Source of the DNA: a virus
Virus record (IMG/VR): IMGVR_UViG_3300022561_000019
Span: 1-45,576 of that record
Length of the DNA stretch: 45,576 nt
Reading direction: 5' to 3' (one strand)
Below, piece by piece: positions 16,333 through 24,582 of this stretch. The position numbers were made by a program, and so were the translations under genes. Numbering within the stretch: position 1 is the first letter of the stretch; each line of letters starts with the position of its first letter. Below the pieces are notes generated by a model. That model saw only the letters and a list, made by a program, of their open reading frames with translations, ran no database searches and was not told where the DNA came from.

Positions 16333-16352
16333 CTATTATATTTAAAAAGCTA

Positions 16353-17375
16353 TTAGATTAAATCAATAGCTTTTTTTAATTGCTCTATATCTTTATGTGT
16401 ATAAACATTAGCAGTAGTTTCATAACTAGCATGACCTATTATCTTTTGTAGAGCAATTGTATCAGCTCCAGCATTACTCATTAGAGTTGCAAATGTATGT
16501 CTGCAATCATGTGGTTTATGTTTAAAGTTCAATTGCTCCATAATTGGTGTGAATTTCTCTTTGTAATAATTTTCATATTTGAACTGCTTTCCATTTTCTC
16601 TAGCAATTAAATACTCGTTACCCTCAGATACTCTAGCAGATATCATATCAAAAATTTTACTACTTATTGGTATAATCCTATCTTTACCAGCATCTGTCTT
16701 AATTCCACCAGTTATGGTCCTGTTCTCCAAATCTACATCTCCTGGCTTAAGTATAATTAATTCTCCTATTCTAAGGCCTGTATAAATCATAATTAAAATA
16801 GTATCTACGTATTTAATACTATCTTTAACTTCAATTAATCTTTTTATTTCCTTATCAGAAAATGCCTTTCTTGTGCTGTCCTCGGTATTTTTACCTATTT
16901 CTACGTAGTTTGAATAGTCCTTATTTATAATATCATTTTCCATTGCAAATTTAAAAAGCTGATTATAAAGAACTTTAATTTTTCTTAAGTTACCATGTTT
17001 TTTACCACATGTCCTTATAACGTCTTGCATATGCTTAGTTCTTATATCGACAAACTTCATATCATGTAGAGCAGCGCAAGTTATATACGCAGCCTTATAA
17101 CCATTAACTGCGCTTTGAGTTACACTTTCAAACTTACCTACATTCCAATTATTATATACATCACTAAAAGTTACAGTTGATACTTCTATACTATAGGGAT
17201 CCTTATTAAAATCAGCCAAGGCTTGCATTGCTAATTCCCTTTTTTCATAATATCCTATAGTCTGATATAACTGTTTTGCATTATCATCCCATCCTATAGT
17301 CTTACGAGCCATGAAAGGCTTTCTTCTTTTGCCACTTAACTTATAAACTGATCCATAGCCATTTGGGTTTCTCAT
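16353..17375 (-). CDS. int: Tyrosine site-specific integrase
   Basis: 340 aa. YTGLRIGEL, HDCRHTFATLM and GHASYETTANVYTH give the R..HxxR..Y catalytic set. Confidence 0.95.
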   Translation of the reverse strand: MRNPNGYGSVYKLSGKRRKPFMARKTIGWDDNAKQLYQTIGYYEKRELAMQALADFNKDPYSIEVSTVTFSDVYNNWNVGKFESVTQSAVNGYKAAYITCAALHDMKFVDIRTKHMQDVIRTCGKKHGNLRKIKVLYNQLFKFAMENDIINKDYSNYVEIGKNTEDSTRKAFSDKEIKRLIEVKDSIKYVDTILIMIYTGLRIGELIILKPGDVDLENRTITGGIKTDAGKDRIIPISSKIFDMISARVSEGNEYLIARENGKQFKYENYYKEKFTPIMEQLNFKHKPHDCRHTFATLMSNAGADTIALQKIIGHASYETTANVYTHKDIEQLKKAIDLI

Positions 17376-17399
17376 TGTTACTCCTTTATTTATCTATAG

Positions 17400-17852
17400 T
17401 TATTTTTTATATTTATAACCAACCATTTTCATTTGTTCTAATAAAGCATTCCCGAATTCCATAACATCTCTGTCTGACATTTCATTTATATTAAAACCCT
17501 CAGCTGCAAACATTTGGTGCTTACTTATGTAAGCCCTAGCTTCCTCTGGACAAGTAAATTGCTCAGGAACTACATCTAGATTGGATTCTATTTTTTTTGC
17601 ATTACTTACTTTATCAGGAGCATATATTGCTTCCATCTCTTTAACTAAAGAATCCTGTATTTCTTTAAAAAATTCATCAACTGAAACATCAAGAGCATCT
17701 GCAAGCTTATTTAGAATTTTAGTAGACGGATTAGTTTTTTCATTTCGCTCAATAGCAGAAATATAACTTGCGTTCATTTTGGCTTTTCTTGCCAACTCAT
17801 TTACACCAAGTCCTTTCTGTTCTCTTAGATCTTTTATTTTATCACCTAGCAT
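17400..17852 (-). CDS. CI-like lysogeny repressor (XRE HTH plus a non-S24 C-terminal domain)
   Basis: 150 aa. ELARKAKMNASYISAIERNEKTNPS. Next to int and divergent from the cro-like gene. SD GGAGGT. Confidence 0.85.
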   Translation of the reverse strand: MLGDKIKDLREQKGLGVNELARKAKMNASYISAIERNEKTNPSTKILNKLADALDVSVDEFFKEIQDSLVKEMEAIYAPDKVSNAKKIESNLDVVPEQFTCPEEARAYISKHQMFAAEGFNINEMSDRDVMEFGNALLEQMKMVGYKYKK

Positions 17853-17872
17853 TTTGTAACCTCCGTAAATGT

Positions 17873-18039
17873 ATTCTATTAGAATATATTATACCCTACT
17901 AGAATATATTATATTCCTATAGAATGTGAAGTCAATAGGAAATAGAAGAAATACGGAGGTATATTCTGATAGAACATGATAATTTGTTCTAACCATGTGC
18001 CATCAGAATTTTAAACTTTGTGTATTCTGATAGCACATG
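17873..18039. promoter_or_regulatory. Genetic-switch operator region with two repeat families
   Basis: A-type: CTAyTAGAATATATTATA at 17876-17893 and 17896-17913, plus a partial copy at 17917-17929. B-type: ATTCTGATrGmACATG at 17963-17978 (+), 17994-18009 (inverted) and 18024-18039 (+). Confidence 0.6.
17908..17935 (-). promoter_or_regulatory. Leftward promoter for the CI-like gene
   Basis: On the minus strand: TTGACT (17935-17930), 16 nt, TATAAT (17913-17908). Overlapped by A-type operator repeats. Confidence 0.5.
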
Positions 18040-18046
18040 ATATTAT
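18018..18046 (+). promoter_or_regulatory. Rightward early promoter (cro-like)
   Basis: TTGTGT (18018-18023), 17 nt, TATTAT (18041-18046). The spacer is exactly operator copy B3. Confidence 0.5.
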
Positions 18047-18079
18047 ATTCTCATGGAACACGAAAGTGAGGTGAACGAC

Positions 18080-18292
18080 ATGAATAAGATTAAATTTTAC
18101 AGAAACAACTTAAATTTATCAATATATAAAGTGGCTGAATTAGCAGGATTAACTCCAAGCTATATCTCTAACTTAGAAAATGATAATAGGACAAACCCAT
18201 CGAGGGAAGCAATGCAGAAAATATCTAATGCATTAAAAGAAAGTGTACAAGCAATATTCTTCCCAGATGATAGAGAGGAAGGATCAGAGTGA
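18080..18292 (+). CDS. Cro-like XRE HTH regulator
   Basis: 70 aa from ATG 18080 (SD GTGAGGTG). VAELAGLTPSYISNLENDNRTNPS. Confidence 0.75.
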   Translation: MNKIKFYRNNLNLSIYKVAELAGLTPSYISNLENDNRTNPSREAMQKISNALKESVQAIFFPDDREEGSE

Positions 18293-18489
18293 ATCAAAGC
18301 AGCGGTAAACATCTATCAGTAGTCAGAGCAGCAGACATCATGGGTAAATCTCAACAATTTGTGAGAATTGGGTTACAAAGAAACTTATTACCATTCGGAA
18401 CAGCAGTAAAGATGAGCACGATGTGGACTTACTACATATCACCTAAACAGTTTTGTGAGTATGTAGGTATAGACGAAAAAACCTTATAG
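18289..18489 (+). CDS. Small HTH DNA-binding protein (excisionase-like candidate)
   Basis: 66 aa. GTG start after GAGGAAGGA. VVRAADIMGKSQQFVRIGLQRNLLPFG. Confidence 0.5.
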   Translation: MNQSSGKHLSVVRAADIMGKSQQFVRIGLQRNLLPFGTAVKMSTMWTYYISPKQFCEYVGIDEKTL

Positions 18490-18631
18490 GCTGAGAAGCC
18501 TAATTAAAAATTTCATTTTAACGTATCAAGGCAAACACTTCTTAAGATATATTATGCAATTCATTTCTAAAATATACCAATAAAGCGCAATGCTTTTATA
18601 GAGATAAAATAAAATTGGGAGGCTGATTATC

Positions 18632-19216
18632 ATGAAAGAGGAACTGATCCAAGAGTTTAAAAACGGAAACAAAAGAGCCGGAGACGATTTTTACAATGCA
18701 AACAGAGGTCTGGTGCATACAGTAGCTAAAAAATACCAACGCATGAGTATGGACCAACAAGAGGTTATGGCAATAGTTAATCAAGCATTTGCACATGCAA
18801 TCAAAAATGTGGATTTAGAAAAAGCTATGTTTTCAACATACTTCGGAGCAGTAGCACATGGAATGATAATGAGACATATCAGAGATTATGAAAGCACTAT
18901 CAGGACGCAAAGAAAAGATGTGGCAGCAGGGAAAATAGTGTACTGCGAAAGTTTTAATCTAGTAATAGCAGGGGCATCTGAAGATATTACATTAGGCAGC
19001 AAACTTAGTTCGGAGCAAGATTTTACAAAAGTTTTTGTGGATGAGGCCCTAAGCAAAATCAATAAAAAAGACAGACAAGCTTTCAAACTTAAATTATTTT
19101 GTGATCTTTCACAGTGTGAGATAGCTGAAAAGCTTGGGACTAGTCAGGTAGAAGTTAGCAGGCGACTAGCAAGAGCCAAAACCTCATTAAAAATATTTTT
19201 GAGAGAGGTGAGTTAA
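18632..19216 (+). CDS. Sigma-70 family sigma factor, group-3 (SigF/SigG/SigB-like)
   Basis: 194 aa. Region 2 FSTYFGAVAHGMIMRHIRDYESTIRTQR. Region 4 LSQCEIAEKLGTSQVEVSRRLARAK. Confidence 0.85.
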   Translation: MKEELIQEFKNGNKRAGDDFYNANRGLVHTVAKKYQRMSMDQQEVMAIVNQAFAHAIKNVDLEKAMFSTYFGAVAHGMIMRHIRDYESTIRTQRKDVAAGKIVYCESFNLVIAGASEDITLGSKLSSEQDFTKVFVDEALSKINKKDRQAFKLKLFCDLSQCEIAEKLGTSQVEVSRRLARAKTSLKIFLREVS

Positions 19217-19217
19217 A

Positions 19218-19379
19218 ATGGCAGGTGGAAAAACTAGATGCAGCCAATGTGTACATGCTAGTAAAAAAGCAACTGAAAAGCCTTGTGACAAATGTGGTGA
19301 AGTTCAATTCTGTAGAAACAAGGTTGCTAATCAATTCCTAGATGCCAGTAAAAATTTAATTAGTGGCGATTTGAAATGA
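19218..19379 (+). CDS. Small zinc-ribbon protein (53 aa)
   Basis: CSQC...CDKC pairs. ATG 2 nt after the sigma stop. ATGA overlap with the next ORF. Confidence 0.45.
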   Translation: MAGGKTRCSQCVHASKKATEKPCDKCGEVQFCRNKVANQFLDASKNLISGDLK

Positions 19380-19567
19380 TAATCAAGATTAAATGCAAAG
19401 AGTGTAGAGCAATATGGCGAATAAAAAAAGATACATTAAAAGAAGCCAGGAAAACTAAAAAGGATTATAAAGGTTGCCTCTGCAGAACATGTGATTTTAA
19501 GGCACTAGCGAATAAAACCGCAAAAGAAATTGTGAGAGGAGCTAAACATTATGACACCTATAGGTAA
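19376..19567 (+). CDS. Small Cys-rich (zinc-ribbon-like) protein
   Basis: 63 aa. CKEC...CLCRTC. Confidence 0.5.
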   Translation: MIIKIKCKECRAIWRIKKDTLKEARKTKKDYKGCLCRTCDFKALANKTAKEIVRGAKHYDTYR

Positions 19568-19642
19568 ATTAGTAATGACTGTTTATAGCCTTGTAGTTGT
19601 AGGTGGATTTATTATAAAGGACTTGAAAAGAGGTGATAAAGG

Positions 19643-19897
19643 ATGGAAAGGGGTGCTACTTATACCAACACTAATATTATTAATGAACATGTAGAAAATG
19701 TTATCAAGTTGTATTTTTCAGGGTTCTCAGTAAGAGAGGCATTAAAAGAAGTTATGACTACAGAAGTATTACGAAAGAAATTAAACAAGCTTATAATAGA
19801 AAAAAATTATGATCTTACTGACCTAGAAGTAATTAGGTTATCCCAGAGATTAGATAAGCACATAGTAAAAGAACAAAGAAAAAAGGCTGCTCTGTAA
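19643..19897 (+). CDS. Spo0E-family aspartyl-phosphate phosphatase-like protein
   Basis: 84 aa, SD AGAGGTGA. The C-terminal LRKKLNKLIIEKNYDLTDLEVIRLSQRLDKHIV carries the SQxLD signature (nt 19841-19855). Confidence 0.55.
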   Translation: MERGATYTNTNIINEHVENVIKLYFSGFSVREALKEVMTTEVLRKKLNKLIIEKNYDLTDLEVIRLSQRLDKHIVKEQRKKAAL

Positions 19898-19956
19898 AGC
19901 AACCTAGTATAAATAGTTGTTAAATCCATTATATCACAGAAAGTGAGGTTGTACAG

Positions 19957-20106
19957 ATGGAGAAGAAATATAAGTATGTATTAGAAGGAGTATTGGCAAA
20001 TCTGAGGTCGATAGATGGCCCCAATGAAGCTGATGAATATATCAATGACTCTATAAGAATTATTTCCAAAGTCTTAAAGGATGGTGAATTAAATGAAAAC
20101 TTATAA
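19957..20106 (+). CDS. Hypothetical 49-aa protein
   Basis: SD GTGAGG. + strand ORF in the operon context. The antisense track ORF 19929..20111 is taken as a shadow. Confidence 0.4.
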   Translation: MEKKYKYVLEGVLANLRSIDGPNEADEYINDSIRIISKVLKDGELNENL

Positions 20107-20473
20107 AACATGGGAAGCTATTAAAATGCTAACTGTAAATTTGGAGCTTAGATTTAAGGATAATGAAAATAGAATTTTATCTAATCGCCATAGCGCGCTA
20201 GAATGCATGTACCACAATAGAAAAATTGTTATTGACTTAGATGAATCATGGACATTAATACAGCAGTCAGTAACTTTTATGGAAGCAACAAAAGCTTTTA
20301 TCAGTGGTCAAAATGTAAGAGTAGAATATGCATCTAGTACAGATGGAGAATTAGAAACTGTATTGTTTAGCCAAGCAGATGCATCTAAACCTGGAATAAT
20401 GAAATATAACCAAAACTTAACTTTTTATGTAATTGAAAATGGAAATTGGTTTATAGAGGAGGTAATTGAGTAA
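20093..20473 (+). CDS. Hypothetical protein
   Basis: 126 aa, SD AAGGATGGTGA. Abuts the next gene. Confidence 0.7.
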   Translation: MKTYKTWEAIKMLTVNLELRFKDNENRILSNRHSALECMYHNRKIVIDLDESWTLIQQSVTFMEATKAFISGQNVRVEYASSTDGELETVLFSQADASKPGIMKYNQNLTFYVIENGNWFIEEVIE

Positions 20474-21493
20474 ATGCAAGAATTAGCCTTAGTATCAAAA
20501 ACCACAGCTGCAGTAGTTTCATTTAACTACGCTGAGATAGATGCTCACCTGGATGAAGTACTAAAGAAATATGGTGGTCTGTTATTCACAGAAGAAACTG
20601 TGGCAGAGTGTAAGAAAACCATAGCAGAACTTAAGAAAGGTAAAAAATCGTTAAATGATTTTAAGATAAAAACTAAAAAATTATTAACTGAGGACATTAC
20701 AAAATTTGAGGACCAGTGCAAAAAACTTAGTGATAAATTCGATACAGTCATAGACCCAATTGGTGTTCAGGCGGATGCATTCGAGGTTACTAGGAAAGAA
20801 GATAAGAAACTAGCTATCCAAACAATAATAGACACTTTAACTGATGAGAGGTTCCTGGAGTATAAGTATTACAGTCAGTTGGTAATTACAGAGCAAATGT
20901 TGAATAAAGGCCCCAAGATAAAAGATATTACTGCAGATTTAACCAAGCAAGCTGATATATTACTATCTCTGCAAAATGTAGAGGAAGCCAACATTGAACT
21001 TATTAAAAGTAAAGTTGAACTTGCTAATGCACAATATGGAGTTACCTTACTAAATAATCTGTATCTTTCATTATTAAGTAATGGTGAAGATGTTACTAAC
21101 CTAATCAAAATGATTAATGAAAATGCTGAACAGACCAAGATTGCAGCTGAAGAAGCTGAAACTGAGAAATTAGCAATTGAAGCAAGAAGAGTTGAAAGAG
21201 CAGACAGGCTTGCAGTTGAAAAGGCTGATTATGATGCTAGGATGGCTGAAGAAGATAGAATTAAAAAAGAAAGAAAAATTGAGCTAGACGAAGCCTTAAA
21301 GCAAGAATTTAAAAGAGTTTTAGATATGCAACAAGTGGAGGAATCAAAAGTTATTACACCTAGTCCGCGCCCAATAGAAACTATAGCAGACCCTGGAGTA
21401 ATGGCCACAGAAACTTATACAGTTACTGGAACAGAGGCACAACTAGATGCTCTAGAAAATTACTTAAATGTTAATGGCTTTGTTTGGATCTAA
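20474..21493 (+). CDS. DUF1351-like phage protein (recombination/replication-associated)
   Basis: 339 aa. The N-terminal FNYAEIDAHLDEVLKKYGGLLFTEETVAECKKTIAELKK pattern and a long coiled coil are typical of the family as I recall it. Confidence 0.65.
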   Translation: MQELALVSKTTAAVVSFNYAEIDAHLDEVLKKYGGLLFTEETVAECKKTIAELKKGKKSLNDFKIKTKKLLTEDITKFEDQCKKLSDKFDTVIDPIGVQADAFEVTRKEDKKLAIQTIIDTLTDERFLEYKYYSQLVITEQMLNKGPKIKDITADLTKQADILLSLQNVEEANIELIKSKVELANAQYGVTLLNNLYLSLLSNGEDVTNLIKMINENAEQTKIAAEEAETEKLAIEARRVERADRLAVEKADYDARMAEEDRIKKERKIELDEALKQEFKRVLDMQQVEESKVITPSPRPIETIADPGVMATETYTVTGTEAQLDALENYLNVNGFVWI

Positions 21494-21507
21494 GGAGGTG
21501 TAAATAG

Positions 21508-21765
21508 ATGCAAGAAAAGATAGCACTGGTTAAATTTAATAACAACTCAGCGACAGAGTACATGGAATACTCCTATAACACAGATATAGAGGACCTAAAG
21601 AAAGATGATGTACTTGTAGTACCAACTAACACTTCATACTCAATAGCTCATTTCTCTAGGTATTCAGATAATAAGCAGCATGTAAAGAATGCTACTAAGT
21701 GGATTATTCAGAAAGTAGATATCGAGGGCTTTGAAAATAGAATGTTTTTAGGAGGTTTTGATTAA
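21508..21765 (+). CDS. Hypothetical protein
   Basis: 85 aa, SD AAGGAGGTG. Confidence 0.65.
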   Translation: MQEKIALVKFNNNSATEYMEYSYNTDIEDLKKDDVLVVPTNTSYSIAHFSRYSDNKQHVKNATKWIIQKVDIEGFENRMFLGGFD

Positions 21766-21972
21766 ATGGGTAAGTTAAAGAAAATAGCTTATCAAATAGA
21801 AAATGGTGAGACTGTATATTTGCACGAGAGAATTATCAAAGGCATAACTAAGAGTGCATATATCACAAAGCAGTGGGTAGAAGAGCATCCCAGAAGATTA
21901 ATGGTTGAGTATAAAAGTAAAAAGTTTAAATCACATGGTTCAATGGAAATTATTGATCTAGGTCCAGACTAA
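21766..21972 (+). CDS. Hypothetical protein
   Basis: 68 aa, SD GGAGG. Confidence 0.6.
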   Translation: MGKLKKIAYQIENGETVYLHERIIKGITKSAYITKQWVEEHPRRLMVEYKSKKFKSHGSMEIIDLGPD

Positions 21973-21985
21973 GGAGGAAATATAA

Positions 21986-22132
21986 ATGCTTAAAGGTTTA
22001 AAGAAAGCAAAAGAAATTATTGAGAATGAAATAATATTTGCAAAAACAGTTAATCCTCAGATGGCAATGGGTATGTCTCAGGTATTAATGCTTATAGAAA
22101 GAAAAATAAAAACTGAAAGCGAGGAAATATAA
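21986..22132 (+). CDS. Hypothetical 48-aa protein
   Basis: SD AAGGAGGAAA. Fills an otherwise empty gap. Confidence 0.45.
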   Translation: MLKGLKKAKEIIENEIIFAKTVNPQMAMGMSQVLMLIERKIKTESEEI

Positions 22133-22135
22133 TTT

Positions 22136-22585
22136 ATGAAAATAACAGCAGAATTTAATTCAACAGAGGAACTAATAAGCTTCATTGGTGCATTTGATAC
22201 TAAGAGCTCCATCCCAAGTCAAGGTGTTACTAATATAACCAATGCAACTCCAACTGCAGCAGAGACTAAGAAAGCAGCTAAGAATGAGGTTGTTAAAAAG
22301 GAGGACAAACCTGTAGAGCCAGTTAAAACAGAAACTCTAAAGGAAGAAATTAAAGAAATTGTTCCAACTAAAGATGCTGAAATTATTAAAGAAGAAACTA
22401 AGGCCACTGAGGGAGAAGTTGAAATTACTAAAGAGATGGTAAGAGAAAGACTTGGAGTGATAATGAAGTCAGGCAAGCAGGCAGAAGTTAAAGCACTTGT
22501 AGCTAAACATGGTGCTAGTAAATTACCTGATCTAAAAGAAGAGGAATACGCAGCAGTATATCAGGAAGCGGAGAAATTACTATAA
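22136..22585 (+). CDS. Hypothetical protein with a Lys/Glu-rich linker
   Basis: 149 aa, SD GAGGAAA. TAATG coupling to the next gene. Confidence 0.65.
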   Translation: MKITAEFNSTEELISFIGAFDTKSSIPSQGVTNITNATPTAAETKKAAKNEVVKKEDKPVEPVKTETLKEEIKEIVPTKDAEIIKEETKATEGEVEITKEMVRERLGVIMKSGKQAEVKALVAKHGASKLPDLKEEEYAAVYQEAEKLL

Positions 22586-23751
22586 TGGCACAGCATGCAA
22601 TATTAAGCGCAAGTGGAGCCAAGAAGTGGTTAAATTGCCCGCCTAGTGCTAGATTGGAACAACAATTTAGTAATAAAACTTCTACAGCTGCAGAAGAGGG
22701 AACCTTGGCGCATGAGCTTGGGGAGTTAACATTACAGAAAGAATTAAAATTTATAAGTACTAGAAAATTCAATTCTGAATTTAAGAAGATAGAAACACAT
22801 GAGCTTTTTACTTCAGACATGCCTGACTATGTAGATATTTATGTTTCTACTTGTATGGAAAAAGTAGCAGAAGCTAGGGCAAAAACCTCAGATGCGATTA
22901 TTAGTCTAGAACAGAGACTTAATTACAGTAGATGGGTACCGGAAGGCTTTGGTACCGGAGACATGGTCATTATTGCAGATGGAACAATTGAAATTATTGA
23001 CCTTAAGTATGGTAAAGGTGCTCCAGTAAGTGCGATAGATAATATACAAATGAGACTTTATGCTCTAGGAGCAATAGCAGAGTTTGAATTTCTATATGAT
23101 ATGCAAAATGTAAAAATGACTATTATCCAACCTAGATTAGATAGCATTAGCACAGATGAAATAAAAGCAGAGGATTTATTAAAATGGGCAGAAGATGTGT
23201 TAAAGCCCACCGCAGCACTTGCATTTAAAGGTGAAGGAGATTTCTGTGCAGGAGAGCATTGTAGCTCTGGCTTTTGCAGAGCTAAAGCAGTATGTAGAGC
23301 TAGAGAAGAGAAGAACATGGAACTGGCGGTATATGAGTTTAGCGATGGTCCAACATTAAATATTGATGAAATAGCAGATATCATTGGTAAATGCGATGAA
23401 CTGGCCAAATGGGCCAAGGATATTCAAGAGTATGCATTAGAGCAAGCTGTAGCAGGTATTGGTTACCCTGGATGGAAGCTAGTTGAGGGTAGAAGTAATA
23501 GAAGATACACAGATGTTGATGCTATATCAGACATTCTGATGGATGAATTCACGCAAGATAAAGTATATAAACCCGCTGAAATACTTGGAATATCCGCCAT
23601 GGAAAAATCAATAGGTAAGAAGAAATTTAATGAGTTAATTGGTGATTATATAGAAAAGCCTCAAGGGAAACCAGTGCTAGTTGTTGAGACAGATAAAAGA
23701 GAAGTCTTCAATAAAGTAACAACAGATTTTGGAGTGGTTGCTGATGGCTAA
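22585..23751 (+). CDS. DUF2800-type PD-(D/E)XK nuclease (Cas4-like, with a Cys cluster)
   Basis: HAILSASGAKKWLNCPPS, GTLAHELGE, GDMVIIADGTIEIIDLKYGKG, and the C-terminal cluster FCAGEHCSSGFCRAKAVC. Confidence 0.8.
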   Translation: MAQHAILSASGAKKWLNCPPSARLEQQFSNKTSTAAEEGTLAHELGELTLQKELKFISTRKFNSEFKKIETHELFTSDMPDYVDIYVSTCMEKVAEARAKTSDAIISLEQRLNYSRWVPEGFGTGDMVIIADGTIEIIDLKYGKGAPVSAIDNIQMRLYALGAIAEFEFLYDMQNVKMTIIQPRLDSISTDEIKAEDLLKWAEDVLKPTAALAFKGEGDFCAGEHCSSGFCRAKAVCRAREEKNMELAVYEFSDGPTLNIDEIADIIGKCDELAKWAKDIQEYALEQAVAGIGYPGWKLVEGRSNRRYTDVDAISDILMDEFTQDKVYKPAEILGISAMEKSIGKKKFNELIGDYIEKPQGKPVLVVETDKREVFNKVTTDFGVVADG

Positions 23752-23929
23752 AAAGATATATGACACAGAAAAAGTACTTTATCTTTATGAAAAGTATGGA
23801 ACACTTACCGCAGTACACATGAGACTAGGATATGCTCCTCCAACAATTAAAAAGATATTGTTGGAAAATGGAGTAGAACTTAAAAAGCACATTCCTGTAA
23901 GATGGGATATTAAAAATAAAATAGGCTAA
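23744..23929 (+). CDS. Small HTH-like protein
   Basis: 61 aa from ATG 23744 (SD GGAGTGG). GTLTAVHMRLGYAPPTIKKILLENG. Confidence 0.5.
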   Translation: MAKKIYDTEKVLYLYEKYGTLTAVHMRLGYAPPTIKKILLENGVELKKHIPVRWDIKNKIG

Positions 23930-24037
23930 CGACTAAGTGCCTTTAAGTCGACTACCTGAGGATTGAGGATGATAGGTGTACTAGTGGGTGGACGCACTCG
24001 TGTAGGGTAGTCAAATTATATTCAAGGAGAAATATAG

Positions 24038-24550
24038 ATGCTAGAAATTTGGAAAGATGTAAAAGGTTATGAAGGCCTTTACCAGATTAGTAATACTGGC
24101 AAAGTAAAAAGTATTGAAAGAGTAGATAGCACAAATGTTAAACGTAAAGAACGAGTATTAAAACAATGTCTAAGTGGTAGGGGTTATCCTATGGTCGGTA
24201 TATATAAAAATGGTAAAAGAACGCCAGTTAATATTCATAGATTAGTAGCTGAATATTTTGTATCAAATTTTTATAATAAATCTCAAGTTAACCATATTGA
24301 TGGCATAAAGGAGAATAATATTTATACTAATTTGGAATGGTGCTCAGCAAGTGAAAATATAATACACGCTCATAAAAATGGATTAACTAACCCAGTAAAA
24401 GGTGAACAAGTCGGATCCTCAAAATTAACAAGAGCAGAGGCCCAGTCAGTAAAAGATCTAAAAGGTAAACTGAGCCAAAGGAAGATAGGCTTAATGTTTA
24501 ATATATGTCAACAAGAAGTGAGTAAAATTCACACCAATAAATGTTGGTAA
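24038..24550 (+). CDS. Free-standing HNH homing endonuclease (NUMOD4 + HNH_3 + C-terminal HTH)
   Basis: IWKDVKGYEGLYQISNTGKVKS, NHIDGIKENNIYTNLEWCSASEN. Confidence 0.85.
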   Translation: MLEIWKDVKGYEGLYQISNTGKVKSIERVDSTNVKRKERVLKQCLSGRGYPMVGIYKNGKRTPVNIHRLVAEYFVSNFYNKSQVNHIDGIKENNIYTNLEWCSASENIIHAHKNGLTNPVKGEQVGSSKLTRAEAQSVKDLKGKLSQRKIGLMFNICQQEVSKIHTNKCW

Positions 24551-24582
24551 AATAATTTTAAAATAAAAGGAGATTAATAATT

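Noticed and set aside
19551-19694. 47-aa two-TM ORF (MTPIGKLVMTVYSLVVVGGFII...) overlapping the 5' end of the Spo0E-like ORF in another frame.
   Set aside because: Both have acceptable SDs and I cannot decide from sequence alone. I list the longer motif-bearing ORF and flag the ambiguity.
23950-24012. GC-rich element closed by a 7-bp stem (GACTACC...GGTAGTC) upstream of the first HNH gene, which looked like a tRNA acceptor stem.
   Set aside because: It is only 63 nt and has no T-loop (GTTCRA) or D-arm consensus, and I could not fold a cloverleaf. It may still be a structured leader.
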